A DNA stretch of 64,000 nucleotides from Ruditapes philippinarum (GCF_026571515.1 NW_026866069.1:62001-126000); one strand, 5' to 3'; shown: positions 35,701 to 49,192, numbered from the stretch's first letter. Notes: generated by a model not told the origin, from the sequence alone. Translations and numbers: made by a program.

Positions 35701-38700
35701 TAATGGGCCTTTAGGCTGTTATAAGACCCACATACTACAGTATAATGTTATTGAAGTGAAATGGATGTTTATAAAAATTTAAATACATTTTGTAAATGCA
35801 TTAACTAATCACTTAGCAGTTTTACCTTTCTTGAATGTATTGATAATTTCAGAGGACAGCTCTTTATTCAGTCTTACTAAAGAGGATATAGAAAGAATCA
35901 ACAGCAGTGATATTCTGATAGCTGCTGATGGTAATTACTTTTATTTCAACTCTTTTTAAACTGCCATAAGTGAAGACTGTGATAATAGAAAATATAATGT
36001 GCAAAATTTTAATAGTACAACCATAAAGACCTAACAAACCATCTTACATTTATTAGTTTCTGAAAAGTTAAAAACAGTTTTACAGTTCCATAGGATAAAA
36101 GGAAATAAATATGAATTTTACAATTTACAATGTAGTTAAAATTGGTCTTAGTTAATGTTCAGAAAGAGTGCAAGTGTACTTAGAAATTACAAAAGTTTTA
36201 GTGATGGGATGTCGCTAAACAGAAAGGAGTTTTCTGCATCATTATTTTGGTAAGTTTGTTGAAACTAAGTTCATATATGACAAAATGTTTTTTTCATTTA
36301 CAGTGATTTATGACTTTGACATCACTGATGCATTCTTCAACATAGTGAAACAGATCATGACCCACCCTCCTTGTAAAACTCTGTACATTGGTTTGGAGAA
36401 GAGGTAGAATACATACACGTACATTTTTCATTTTTCAAAATATAAACATTAAACTATTATTTTGTAGATATCAGCTTTTTTTACCCATAACTTGCTGACG
36501 TTATATAATGGATTTGCCCAATTTTGAATTTAGAACAGTCCAATCAAAGTTGCAGGGATTTTAAAATATTTAAAAAAAAAAGAGCAAAAAATGAAATATC
36601 AGCAGTATAGAGTCTGGTAGGATTGCACAGAGGGTAGACTGGCCTTGCTGTCTACTGAATTTTGTTTAAGGGCTATGTCCGTAACTTCAAATCTTGATTT
36701 CAATGATTATTTGTTAACAGAAGATGTGCATATCCTTTGCATGCCCTGTCAGATTATTTAGCTCTGAGTAATAGTCCCTAGTATGTTTAGAGTTTCCACA
36801 CTATTTCTGGGCAATTGCTTTCTTGATTTCATCAAAACTTTTTTTTGGAAAGGAGATGAGCATATCCTGCTCAGACCATTTATAACCCCTAAAAAGGTGA
36901 AATTATTGTATTTTTGATTGTAATTTGCTTGTTTTAGTTATAACTTTATTATTGGTAAATTAATGGATTGTCTTCATACTTTGACAGAACAACAATGGAA
37001 CACAACACAGCAAAGGAGTTCAAACTGAATCTGACCTTGACCTTGAATTACCTTGATCTTGAAGTTCAAATTATTTATCATAGCTATTTTGCTTTTACAG
37101 TTTTCAATATAATAGGGTTAATACCAAATCCATTTTCAGTCCTTTTATGTATTTTGTGTTACTGAAAGACTTCAGTCAAGTGATTGTATCTTGTATTGTT
37201 GGATATCAATTCAACAACCTTATGTGTACTATTTGACAGTGTTAGACTTTTATATGTATCTTTTTGTTTCCTAGGATTGTCTTTACATGTGAGGACCTCA
37301 CTTTCACAAGTCCAGGTTACAATTATTTCCGTCTTCAACTCGACGATCTTTGTTCAGGGGATGATGATGACACAGAGGCTTTGTTTGAAGTGGAGGAGAT
37401 TGACCCTAGCTTCCCACAGTTTTTCCAGTATAACAGAATTAGACAATTGGTAAATTTAAAACTATTGCTGATACCTTTTTAGCTCAACTGAGCACAATGT
37501 GCTCAAGGGTGAGCTTTTGTCATCACTCTGCGTCCGTCGTGCGTCCTTCAAAAAATGGCGTCAAACTTTTCAAACAACATCTCCTCCTAAACCACATGGC
37601 CAATTGCAACCAAACTTTACAGAAATGATCCTTAGGTGGACCCCTTTCAAAGTTGTTCAAAAATTTAAATTCCATTAAAAACTCTGGTTGCCATGGCAAC
37701 CAATAGGAAAAACTTAAAAAATCTTCTTTTAAAAAACCCTAAGAGCTAAAGCTTAGATATTTGGCATGAAACATCTTCTAATGAGTGTCTACCAAGTTTG
37801 TTCAAATCAAAGCCCTGGGGATAAAATTGGCCCCGCCCCAGGGGGTCATTGATTTTCCCTATATGCATTTAGTAAAAACTTAAAAATCTTCTTTTAAAGA
37901 ACTCAAAGAGCTAGAGCTAAGATATTTAGCATGAAACATGTTCTAATGGGTGTCTACCAAGTTTGTTCAAATAAAAGCCCTGGTGTCAAAATTGGCCCCG
38001 CCCCGGGGGTCATTGATTTTCCTTATATGTGTATAGCAAAAACTTAAAAAATCTTCTTTGAAAAAACCCAAATAGCTGGAGTTTAGATATTAAGCATGAA
38101 ACATCTTCTAGTGAGTGTCTACAAAGTTTGTTCAAATAAAAGCCCTGGGGTCAAAATTGGCCCCATCCCGGGGGTCATTGATTTTCCTTATATGACAGTG
38201 TATAGCAAAAACTTAAAAATCTTTGAAAAAACCAAGATAGCTAGAGTTTAGATATTAAGCATGAAACATCTTCTAGTGAGTGTTTACCAAGTTTGTTCAA
38301 ATAAAAGCCCTGGGGTCAAAACTGGTCCCGCCCCAGGGGTGTCATTGTTTTTAACTGTATGTGTATAGTAAAAACTTAAAAAGTCTTCTTTTAAAAAACC
38401 CAATGAGCTAGAGCTTAGATATTAAGCATGAAACATCTTCTAGTAAGTGTCTACAAAGTTTATTCAAATAAAAGCCCTGGGGTCAAAACTGGCCCCGCCC
38501 CAGGGGTGTCATTGTTTTTAACTATATGTGTATAGTAAAAACTTAAAAAATCTTCTTTTAAAAAACCCAATGAGCTAGAGCTTAGATGTTTAGCATGAAA
38601 CATCTTCTTATTGGTGTCTACCAAGTTTGTTCAAATAAAAGCCCCTGGATTAAAATTGGCCCTGACGGGCGGGGGGGGGGGGGTACATCATTGTTTTTCA

Positions 38701-40925
38701 TTATATGTGTGTAGTAAAAACTTAACATTGTGAAACATCTTTTAATGGGTGTCTTCCAAGTTTGTTCAAATAAAAGCCCCGGGGTTTAAACTGGCTCCGC
38801 TCCGGGTGCCTTTATACAGGTGAGCGACCTCAGAGCCATCATGGCCCTCTTGTTCTTTGAGTGATTGATCCTTTCCTTAACCTTTTCAATAAACTTGTGT
38901 GAATTTTTTTAAATATATTGATTTTCTTTCACAGCATGTGAAACCATTAGTGACTGTAAGAAAGAAAATATTTGTTTATTCTATATCTTATTTAGTGAAA
39001 TCTAAGTGAAATGTTTATGAACAGAAAGTAAGAAAATAAAACATTTTTTGGCACAAAATACTTGATAAGCCAACAATCAAAACAGTATAACATCATTATA
39101 CCCCCGAAACGAAGTTTTGGGGGTGTTCTATAGGAGTCACTCGGTGGTCGGTCTGTTGGTCGCTCAAGTGGTCTGTTGCATTTTCCTTGTCCGGAGCATA
39201 ACTTGAAGAGTAATGATTGGAATTCAATACAACTTCATACAATGATCAAGAACCATAACTCTTTTTTGTCTAATTACAGAGCTTTGCCCTTTGTTATGTT
39301 TCCTGAGCATTACTTGAAAACTACTGGTTGGAATTCAAAACAACTTCATACAATGGTCAAGCACTATAAGGGGAACTGCAGTGCACAAAAACCATAACTC
39401 TATCTAAAGTAATTACAGAGTTATTTCCCTTTGTTACTTTTCCATAGCTTTCTTTTGTCCAGACTAATAGTTGGAATTCAATATAACTTCATATAATGGT
39501 CAAGCACATTTAGAGGAAGTGCAGTGCACAATAACCATAACTCCATCTTGACTTATTTATAGAGTTATTGCCCTTTGTTACTTTTCCTTGTCTGGAGCAT
39601 AACTTGAAAACAACTAGTTGGAATTCAATACAACTTCATACAATCATCAAGCACATTAAGAGGAAGAGCAGTGCACAAAAACCATAACTCTATCTTGACT
39701 ATTTATAGAGTTATTGAGCTTTGATACTTTCCCTTGTCCGGAGCATAACTTGAAAAGTACTGGTTGGAATTCAAAACAACTTCATACAATGGTCAAGCAC
39801 ATTTAGAGGAAGTGCAGTGCATAAGAACCATAACTCTATCTAAAGTAATTACAGAGTTATTGCCCTTTGTTACTTTTCCTTGTCCGGAGCATAACTTGAA
39901 AACTACTAGTTTTAATTCAATACAACTTCATACAATCATCAAGCACATTAAGAGGAAGTGAAGTGCACAAAAACCATAACTCTGTCTTGACTATTTATTG
40001 CTATTTATTGTTACTTTTCCTTGTCCGGAGCATAACTTGAAAACTACTAGTTGGAATTTAATACAATTTCATACAATGGTCAAGTATATTGAGAGGAAAC
40101 TCTTTCTTGACTCATTTAAGAGTTTTTGCCCTTTGTTACTTTTATTGTCCAGTGCATAACTTGAAAATTGAAAATGGTTGGAATTCAATGAAACCTCTTG
40201 CAATGGTCAAGGGCAGTGAGATGAAGTGCAGTGCACAAGAACCATAATTCTATTTGGACAAATTACAGTTATTGCCCTTTGTTACTTTTTTGTCCAGTGC
40301 ATAACTTGAAAATTAGTAGTTGGAATTAGATACAACTTCAAACAATGGTCAAGGGCAATGAGAGGAAGTGCAGTGTACAATAACCATAACTCAATCTTCA
40401 GTATTTGTAGAGTTATTGCCTGTTGTTCCTTTTCCTTGTCCGGTGCACAACTTAAAAACTAATGTTTAGAATTCAATGCAACTTCATACAATGGTCAACC
40501 ACATTAAAAGGAAATGCAACATACAAGAACCACAACTATCTTTAATTGCCCACAACAAGAACTCTAGTTCAATTCTTTTGGAAGGTATTCTGTTACTAGT
40601 AACTTCCTCATATCCGAAGCAGTCTTGCAGGAGTATTAATCACATTTAGTGATAGTTCTAGTGTACAGATAATGTTCATATGTACATCTTCGTGTTAATA
40701 ACCAATCAATTGTTTAGTAATAGATCAGTGAAAATTTATATGGCAGGTGAGAACATGGAATAGTTACATTACACATATTCTAAATAAAAATATATATCAT
40801 TTATTGAACATATAAAATAAATTCCTTGTATGTTTCATACATATAGACATGTGTGTGTAAATTTGTTGTTGTTTTTTTTCAAACCTCAGGAGTTATGGAA
40901 ATTAACAGCTTCATTCAAGTCATAG
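29766..40925 (+). CDS. METTL22: Methyltransferase-like protein 22 (9 coding exons, about 569 aa)
   Basis: Exons 29766-29865, 30359-31267, 33208-33248, 33628-33772, 34143-34268, 35853-35930, 36304-36403, 37275-37449 and 40890-40925, with consistent phases. Motifs VLSEVH, DEDGDL, HSLSTELNNVGEQVWHGSLLL, SAM motif I VDLGAGVG, ELDW, AADVIYD, LEKR, FPQFFQYNR and QLELWK. Confidence 0.92.
31290..32702 (+). mobile_element. Kolobok-like MITE interrupted by a nested HINE
   Basis: ttaa|agggactccactgag ... ctcagtggagtcctt|ttaa; same family as the uninterrupted copy at 52406-52704. Confidence 0.75.
31568..32630 (+). mobile_element. HINE-like element, family E (about 155-165-bp monomers)
   Basis: Start tttatacccccaaaaacgaagtttgggtgggtata, (ggtc)n, monomers with ggaattcaatacaacttcatacaatggtcaagcac. 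Sister copy at 39096. Confidence 0.82.
37476..38853 (+). mobile_element. HINE-like element, family A
   Basis: tttttagctcaactgagcacaatgtgctcaagggtgagc start, about 165-bp monomers, end caggtgagcgacctcagagccatcatggccctcttgt. Confidence 0.85.
39096..40661 (+). mobile_element. HINE-like element, family E
   Basis: ttatacccccgaaacgaagttttgggggtg start, about 8 monomers, end gagtattaatcacatttagtgatagttctagt. Confidence 0.85.
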
Positions 40926-42182
40926 ATCAAAGATGGAACATGGCAATGGAAAAGTATTTAGAGAGACCTTGATCTAGGATAAAATAAGCCTAAAATGGGA
41001 GCATTTCACAATTCAGAGGGCACTCATACTTTTTATGGATACAAATCCATAAAGAGAAATTCATAAAGACTTGAGAAAAAAATGGTGTACTGCAGTAAAT
41101 GGTTACATAAAAATAGTCCTGAATGTAAAAGTCTTGTGTTTGATTTGAAATTGGATACAAAATACAGGTATTCATGGACAGGTGACATGATTTAAATGAA
41201 GACAAAAGTGTTTAATGGAAATAAATTCATAGTGGATGAAAGGAGTCACTGTACCATGCCTTGCAAGTAAATGTACATGTATAGACTATTCCATGTGTAT
41301 CATTTCATGCAAGTATAAACACTTATTATTTCCAATCACTGTAACTTTCTCAGGATCCTTTATATCATGTTTATACTTCCTGAAACCAAGCAATTTAAAT
41401 GAACAAAGGACAATTAGTTAGCAAGAAACTTGCACAAAATCAAGATTGAATTGATCACAATTTGACATTGTCTGAAGTTTGTTTCTTATAAATAAGGTAC
41501 CCATATTGAACATGTGTTATAGCTTATACAGTAATAAATATAATATATTTATCTACAAGCTTTTCTGTTTGTTTCAAAGTAGGTAATTTCAAAGAATGAA
41601 AGTGATTTTAATTCAGTCTGCTGAGGGCATCTGATTCTACCTATGCAACCAGTAGAGACCAAGATCAGCTGGCAAATCTTTGCTGTGAGATCATGGTTTG
41701 TACTGTTCACTACTAAGTCAGTTTTTCTGGTTAGTGTTTAAACTGAAAGGTTAATGTCAAAACTGATCTGTCTTATAAAGTCATATAAATTGCCATAATT
41801 ATGTTTTTTATGTAATTCATGCGGAAGAGAACTGTAAATATTGATATGAGTGGACAACCAAACAACACCTGTGTAATATCAGACTCGGACCCATTAAACA
41901 TAAAGTCTGTGACCAACAGCTTCTTCTAAATTTCAGGGACATAATTCATCATAATTTTATGTGGTCGCCCATTCTACAATAGTATCTTCATAGTGTACCA
42001 ATAAGGAAGACAATATGCCTTGCTATAATGGCTAAAGTGAGTTTAGATACAAAGTATAAAAACAAAATCAAATATGACATAGTTTTATTTTGTAGCTTTT
42101 GTTTTAATGGTGGCCACATAGTGCTTATTTACCAGCTCTTTAATGCTTGTTTCGATTAATAAATTGCAATAAAATTATGTCA

Positions 42183-43918
42183 ACTCACCTGAGCACAAAG
42201 TGCTCAGAGGCCAGCGTTTGTGATGGCAGTGTATCTGTCATTCATCGTTATCCACAATTTCTATAAACAACATTTTCTCCTTAACCACTGTATGTATTCT
42301 GACCAATCTTTACAGGAATGAACCTTAGGTGGTCCTCTAAAAAAGTTATGTAAATGGTTCCAGTCTGATAAATAAGTAGGTCATAGGAGTTAAAATAAAA
42401 TACTTAAAATCTCCTTCTTAGAAACTAGAATGCCCAGAGCTTAGATATTTGGCATGTATTATCACTTGGGGGTCACTTATATGTATTTTACATTGACTTA
42501 TACAATGAAAGTGTCTAAGAAATCTTCTCAGAAAGTACAATGCCTATTTGATATTTGGCATGTATTATCACCTTGTGATCCTCTACAAAAGTTAAAAATT
42601 CATGCCCCTGAGTTCTAAATTTGCCCACCTTGTTGGTTACTTGGTTTATGTAGTTTTGTATAGGAAAATACGTTTAAGTTTTCTTTTGTGATACTACAAT
42701 GCCAAGAGTGTATGTATTTGTCATTTTATAGCAGACATCTAGAAATATTTTTAAAATTATGCAGCTTGAGCAAAAAGGGACAAACCAAATGTGACCACAT
42801 TACTGACTTTGTAAAAAAATGGGTCAAAGACAGAAAAGGCCAGGTTGCATATGTATACAAAATATCTTGAGGCTGTGATGTTACTTAAATTTTCTACCAC
42901 TGTCTGACCATTGATGTTGATAATTTAACTTAGTTGGTAAACCGGAAAAGAATGAGCATCAGACCTGAAATGGAATCCCACAATATGGGACCAAAGTCAT
43001 GTCAATGCTGTGAACCACATATTAAGAGGTTGTGGTAAGTAGTTGCTGAGAAAACTGTTACGAAAATTTCCTACTATCTATTGATCATTAATTATGTCAA
43101 AATTTAATGTTGAAAATTTAACTAAGTCGGCAAACAGGAAGTGGATGAGAGACAGACCTGAAATCGAATCCCACAGTATGGGACCATGTGTTGATGCTGT
43201 ATACCAAATATGAAAAGGCTGTGATAAGTAGTTGCTGAGAAAACTGTTACAAAAATTTCTTACTATTGACCATTAATGTTGAAAATTTAACTAAGTTGGC
43301 AAACAGGAAGTGGATGAGCGACAGACCTGAAATCATCTCCCACATTATGGGACCATATGTTAATGCGGTGTGCCAAATATCAAGAGGCTGTGATAAGTAG
43401 TTGCTGAGAAAACTGTTACAAAAATTTCTTACTATTGACCATTAATGTAGAAAATTTAACTAAGTCGGCAAACAGGAAGTGGATGAGCGACAGACCTGAA
43501 ATCGAATCCCACAGTATGGGACTATGTGTTGATGCTGTATACCAAATATCAAGAGGCTGTGATAAGTAGTTGCTGAGAAAACTGTTACGAAAATTTCCTA
43601 CTATTGACCATTAATGTTGAAAATTTAACTAAGTCGGCAAACAGGAAGTGGATGAGCGACAGACCTGAAATCGAATCCTACAGTATGGGACCATGTGTTG
43701 ATGCTGAATACCAAATATCAAAGGCTGTGATCAGTAGTTGCTGAGAAAACTGTTACGAAAGTTTTTTCCCCACCCGCCTGCCGCCCGCCCGCCCCCTGCC
43801 CAACATTCACCATACTATAACCCGGGTTTGCACCAGTGCAACCCGGCCAAAAAACTGTGAACTTTTCTGGCAAAATATCTCAGGTGATCAATCCAGGGCC
43901 ATAATGACCCTCTTGTTT
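42183..43918 (+). mobile_element. Old family A-related HINE containing a nested element
   Basis: Start ctcacctgagcacaaagtgctcag, end caggtgatcaatccagggccataatgaccctcttgttt. Confidence 0.65.
42735..43853 (-). mobile_element. HINE-like element, family F (168-bp monomers)
   Basis: aaatttaactaagtcggcaaacaggaagtggatgag at about 43114, 43284, 43452 and 43620; (gccc)n microsatellite; terminal hairpin ccgggtttgcaccagtgcaacccgg. Left boundary approximate. Confidence 0.75.
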
Positions 43919-45259
43919 ACATATGGCGATTAAATATTAATGAAACTAGATACATATTATATAGGCTATTTATATTTTTCTCTGACAAATACATGTACAT
44001 GTATTTATTAAATGTGATAAAAAGTAGGCAATCTTATTAAAATCATATCCTAACTGTTGCTCCACTACCCTTTGCTTGGTAGTAAAGAGTAATGGAGTGA
44101 AAACGATCTGATTTGAATGAGATTGAAAAGTTAAGGCTGCCAAATTAGTATTTTGTGGAAGTGTGTATCATACAAATTAGGGGAATGTTCATGTATTTTG
44201 AATTGATTTATACAGTCATTATCTACAAACATGATAAATAGCCTGATTTACCACTGAGAAGATTTATTGTCTGTGTATTTATATATTCTTTGCAGGTAGT
44301 TGAAATCTCAAGATTATTGACTGAAATGAGTCAATCTAAAATTTGAAATTCATCAATGTGAACTTTTTGCGTGCAGAAGTATTTGTGAAAATAATTATGA
44401 TTTCTTAAAGAAAATAATGTTTTTGTGATATCATTAATTAAGCAGGTACATGTTAAGAATTTGCTGTTATTGTAATCGTTTTATTCAGTTGTTTAATACC
44501 TTTATTATTTATATAATTGTTTGAAATGTACATCATTAGTTTGATAAAGGACCTTATCAGACATTTCTTTGTCATATTTTGAAACATATTTTGTTATATG
44601 AATAACCTGTTATGTTACACATATATTGTTTCATTAAAACATTTGTGATTTGTACAAATTTAAAAAACAAGCAATGAAAACAAAAATAATCTCAGTAGCA
44701 AGCTCAAACTTATTCAATTGAGATGCTGTATGAAAATGCGTTTTCAAATGATAGAAGGAAGTTTGCCTAAAAAGGAATAATTTTTGTGCGATCAAATCTT
44801 TGCAAATAATTTCAATTGGAAAAAATCACAAATATTTCCATGTCGCAAAATGAACCACTTATACAGTACAAAGCATTGATATTCAATAGATAGATAAAGT
44901 AAAGTTTTGACATTTTGTTTAAACAATAACCACCATGATATTTTCACACTAATATATAGATTACATCAGATTTTAGAAGAGTAAAAAAAAAGTTCTATAT
45001 ATCAAAGCAGAAAAAAAAATCAAATTTAGATATAAGAGAATGTTGAAAAGTCAGGTGAAAAGAAAATAATGTAAGTAATAATAAAATTTTCAATTAAATT
45101 AATATAAAAATGTAAAATTATTACATTTGTATAATAATATTATGTTACTTTAAAAATATATATAACTTTAGATAGTCAAAGTAAAATTGCTTCCTTCAGA
45201 TTTCAGGAACAGTCACAAGGGAAAGTTGGAATGGTTATTGACATAAGGCAATAATAATT

Positions 45260-47803
45260 ATGGGAGCAAATGTGCAACCAACAGCAAAAAAATATCCTGA
45301 AAACACAAAGGAACAACCCCAGGAAAATCTTTTAGAAAACAAGTCAGACAAACAAGAACTAGGAAGAAGGACCAAAAACTTAAACACACAACCCCAGGAA
45401 GAAAATTCAAGAAACAAAGCAGATAAACAGGCAGAAGGAATACAAAGTACTAAAAATGGAACAGAATTGCAAGAAAAAATACAAGACATACAGGAACACA
45501 AACTAGTAGCAGAAAAAGCAAATACTGAAAAGGAACAGAGCAGGGAAAAGATACCAGACTACAAGGCAGACAAACAGATAGCTGGAAATCTAGGTACTGA
45601 AAACACACTGACAAAACTTTGGATAAAAATACCAGAAAACAAGTCAAATGGTCAAGTAGCTGGGAAAAAAAGGACTGGAAATACTAAGGAACAATCTCGT
45701 GGAAAGATACCAGAAAACAAGGCTGACAAACTGATAGCAGGAGATCTAAGTACTGAAAACACACAGACAAATCCTCAGACAAAAATACCAGAAAACAAGT
45801 CATATGGTCAAGTAGCAGGAAGAAGATGTTGTGAAATGACACAAAACAGGGCAAACAAACAAGAAGCAGGGAGAATATGTACTGAAAATACAATGGAACA
45901 AATCTGGGAAAATATACCAAAACATGATGCAAACCATAAAGTAGCAGGGAAAAAAAGCACTGAAAACACAAAGACACCTACCAGGAAAACGATACCAAAA
46001 AACAGAGCAGATGTTCAAATAGCAAGGAAAAAAAGCACTGAGAACACAAAAGCCCAACCTCTAAAAAAAATATCAGAAACCAAGGCAGATTCAATTCATC
46101 AAGCTGATGAAACAAATAAACATCAGGTTGTAGTTGCGATTGATTTTGGAACAGTCCATTCGGGTTTTGCATTCTCCTTCAAGGGCAATGAGGAAAAAAT
46201 AATCTCAGCCAAACATGGAGGCATATTTCAAGAGGACAGAGTACCCACAATATTGCTTTTAAATCCAAACAAAACAGTCCATTCATTTGGCTACAATGCA
46301 CAGACACATTTCCATAAGCTTTCAGAACTCAAGAGGTCAAAATTTTACTACTTTGAAAATTTTAAAATGAAAATATACAATGAAAGTAAATTTAACAGAG
46401 ATATGAAAATTTGTGATTTAAATGGTAAGCCACTTCGTGCAATGACTGTTTTTTCCAAAGCAATAAAGCATTTAAAAGATGAAGCAACAAATATAGTCCA
46501 TCAATTTAAAACTGGCCTGAAAGAAACAGACATACAATGGATGATAACAATTCCTGCAATATCTTCTGATTCTGTAAGACAATTTATGCGTGAGGCTTCT
46601 ACTGATGCAGGAATCCCAGAAGCACATCTGCAAATTGTCCTTGAACCTGAGGCTGCTGCGTTATACTGTAAAACCCAAAAAATGTCAAAAGAGATGTATT
46701 GTGGGTTTAAATACTTACTTGCTGATCTAGGAGGTGGAACATCAGACATATGTGTACATAAAATATTAGATGGTGGCAAATTGCAAGAAATGTACCGTGC
46801 AAATGGAGAGGCTAAAGGTGGTAGTGATGTTGATGAATGTTTTATCAACATGATGGAAACATTAGTAGGAAAAGAAGTGTGGAGCAAATTCTCATCAACC
46901 TCCTCATCAGCCTATGTAAGCCTTGTCAATGAGTTTAGATTAAAGAAGAAGGACTTTAAATCAAACACAGCTGCATTAAAACTGAAAATGGAAAATGCAC
47001 TGGTGCATCTGATCCACAAAAAGGATGGTAAGAGCTTCAAAGATGTAATAGATAAGACAAAATATGCTGGAAAACTTAGATATGGTGCTGATGCTAGACT
47101 GATGATCAGTGGAGAGATATTAGAAGAAGTTTTCAAGCCTTCAGTTGATAAAATCATTGATAAGTTAAAAGATGCACTACATCATTGTTCTGATAGTGAA
47201 ATCAAAACAATACTTTTAGTTGGAGGTTACAGTGAATCTCCATATGTAAGGGAGAGAATTAAGTCAGAGTTCAGTACACTAAGAGTTATCCTTGTAGATG
47301 ATGCCAGACTGGCTGTGTTAAATGGAGCAGTGGCGATGGGCTGGAATCCTAGAAATATCATACAACGTAGGTCAAGGTACACATATGGATATTTAATAAA
47401 TCATTACTTCAGACATGGAAAAGATCTAAATGAACTGAAGTTCAAAGTGGATGGAAGAGCACGGTGTGGTAAGGTTTTCCAAAAGATTATAGAGAAAGGT
47501 CAGACTCTGGAATCTGGACAAACTTTTAATTTTGCAGGAGATTGGACAGCTACTGAACAAGACATGAAACATATTATAAAGAAGGCTGAACTATACAGAT
47601 CTACAGAAGAGACTCCTCAATACTGTACGGAGGAGGAAGGGTGTAGTTTAGTAGGAATGATCAAAGCAAAGCCTCCACGTTTAGGATGGCCTGATGCCTT
47701 GAAAGTTAATTACAGTGTTACTGTTGGAGAGACTGAGTTTACAGTGAAAGTTTTCAGCCCTGAAGCAAAAATGGAGTATATAGCTCAAATGGATTTCCTG
47801 TGA
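45260..47803 (+). CDS. HSPA12: Heat shock 70 kDa protein 12-like (HSPA12 family) with a repetitive N-terminal extension, 847 aa, single coding exon
   Basis: VVAIDFGTVHSGFAFS (phosphate 1), PTILLLNP, WMITIPAI, VLEPEAAALYC, LADLGGGTSD (phosphate 2), LLVGGYSESPY (adenosine), AVLNGAV, RRSRYTYG and C-terminal DFL. The first about 285 aa are tandem 26-aa repeats. Confidence 0.93.
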   Translation: MGANVQPTAKKYPENTKEQPQENLLENKSDKQELGRRTKNLNTQPQEENSRNKADKQAEGIQSTKNGTELQEKIQDIQEHKLVAEKANTEKEQSREKIPDYKADKQIAGNLGTENTLTKLWIKIPENKSNGQVAGKKRTGNTKEQSRGKIPENKADKLIAGDLSTENTQTNPQTKIPENKSYGQVAGRRCCEMTQNRANKQEAGRICTENTMEQIWENIPKHDANHKVAGKKSTENTKTPTRKTIPKNRADVQIARKKSTENTKAQPLKKISETKADSIHQADETNKHQVVVAIDFGTVHSGFAFSFKGNEEKIISAKHGGIFQEDRVPTILLLNPNKTVHSFGYNAQTHFHKLSELKRSKFYYFENFKMKIYNESKFNRDMKICDLNGKPLRAMTVFSKAIKHLKDEATNIVHQFKTGLKETDIQWMITIPAISSDSVRQFMREASTDAGIPEAHLQIVLEPEAAALYCKTQKMSKEMYCGFKYLLADLGGGTSDICVHKILDGGKLQEMYRANGEAKGGSDVDECFINMMETLVGKEVWSKFSSTSSSAYVSLVNEFRLKKKDFKSNTAALKLKMENALVHLIHKKDGKSFKDVIDKTKYAGKLRYGADARLMISGEILEEVFKPSVDKIIDKLKDALHHCSDSEIKTILLVGGYSESPYVRERIKSEFSTLRVILVDDARLAVLNGAVAMGWNPRNIIQRRSRYTYGYLINHYFRHGKDLNELKFKVDGRARCGKVFQKIIEKGQTLESGQTFNFAGDWTATEQDMKHIIKKAELYRSTEETPQYCTEEEGCSLVGMIKAKPPRLGWPDALKVNYSVTVGETEFTVKVFSPEAKMEYIAQMDFL

Positions 47804-49192
47804 CATAGAAAAAAGACATTTTGGAGAGTAACATCATGAATATCTTAGAAAGATACATTGATATGATTGTACCATTGATATAAAGGTTTCAAAGAAATAT
47901 TTTTATGTTATAACCTAAGAACTGCTTTGTCAACCGATTTAGCAAGAAGAGAAAACCACAATGATTCATCTAGAAACTGTGCTAAAAAGTTGTATACACA
48001 AAATTTGTTTAAAGATAACATTATTTCCCACCAAAACACAAAGCAAATTTTGGAAGTTTAGATATAGTGTTGCCACCATTAGAAAAGAAACATTAAAATA
48101 TGAGAATCTGCCCTTGTAAGAAATAAAATGTCCATTTTCAATGAAAAATGACTATGTGAGAACTATGTGTAATATTGCATTGAGACAAATAATCATGTCT
48201 TTTTTTTAAAAGCAGAAAAAAAAATGTGAGTAACTTTTCTAGATTTGATGACTGATTATATTTCATATTTGTGTAAATAGATAATAAAATATTTTATGCA
48301 TGTTCTGTTATTTTTAGCTCTTGCTATACAGTGTTCTTTTGTCATGGTCAAATAGGCTATATGATTTTTCAGACCAATCCTTGCATATTTGTAATAGCTT
48401 TTATTTTCTTTATGCCAAAATTTATTTCTTCTAGAGATAATTTATAAATGCTTTACTCTATAGATTTGCAGCATTCATTTGGATTTTAATTTATAACTAA
48501 CTTGCCATTTATGATGGTATTATTATAAAGTTTATGTTGAAGTTTTTAGTCTTTGCTGTTTCTCAGTCTTGTATTTCTAACTAGAAAGGATGTATACTTT
48601 GTGTTACTAATTGAGTATAAAATTTCATGTACATATTTATGTTTGTATATGTCTGAGGAATATATAAATTAATACAATATAAAATAAAAAATGATATAGT
48701 TAGTATCGATTTTGATACCAAACTGTCAGAACATGGCTGCATTGATGTTGCTGTCTGCACACTTTTACCATGATCATAACTTTTTATGTTTTGTCTTCAT
48801 ACCATCAAGGGCAAATTAATGAAATTCTCTTGTTTTTTTTTCTCAAACTGGCTATAACTTTGTTATTTCAAAATGACCTTGACCTTCAGCTTTAAGTGAC
48901 CTTGACCATCAAGGTCAAATTATTGAATTTTGGTTAAGTTGTCATAATTTTGTTATTTATGTATGGATTTGATTTATATGTGGACAAATGACATTTGTGA
49001 CCAAACAAATATGTTGAATGATTTAGTTATGACCTTGATCTCTAAAAATTAATGACCGTTACTATTCTGCTTATATTTTCTTAACTTTGTCTTTAATTTA
49101 TGGAAATGATTCATACTTGGACAAAACAAAAAGTGTGACTAGACAGACCTATTTAAATAAAAAATATTAAAAACCTACTATTTTTCCTTTAT

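Noticed and set aside
45235-47157. Antisense and alternative-frame ORFs over HSPA12 (likewise over FBXL15, TMA16 and METTL22)
   Set aside because: Shadow ORFs of real coding exons with no recognisable motifs.
29766-47803. Functional METTL22-HSPA12 module (a chaperone methyltransferase next to an Hsp70)
   Set aside because: Hsp70 methylation is known for METTL21A, whereas the known METTL22 substrate is KIN17. HSPA12 copies are numerous in bivalves, so adjacency is likely chance unless synteny is shown.
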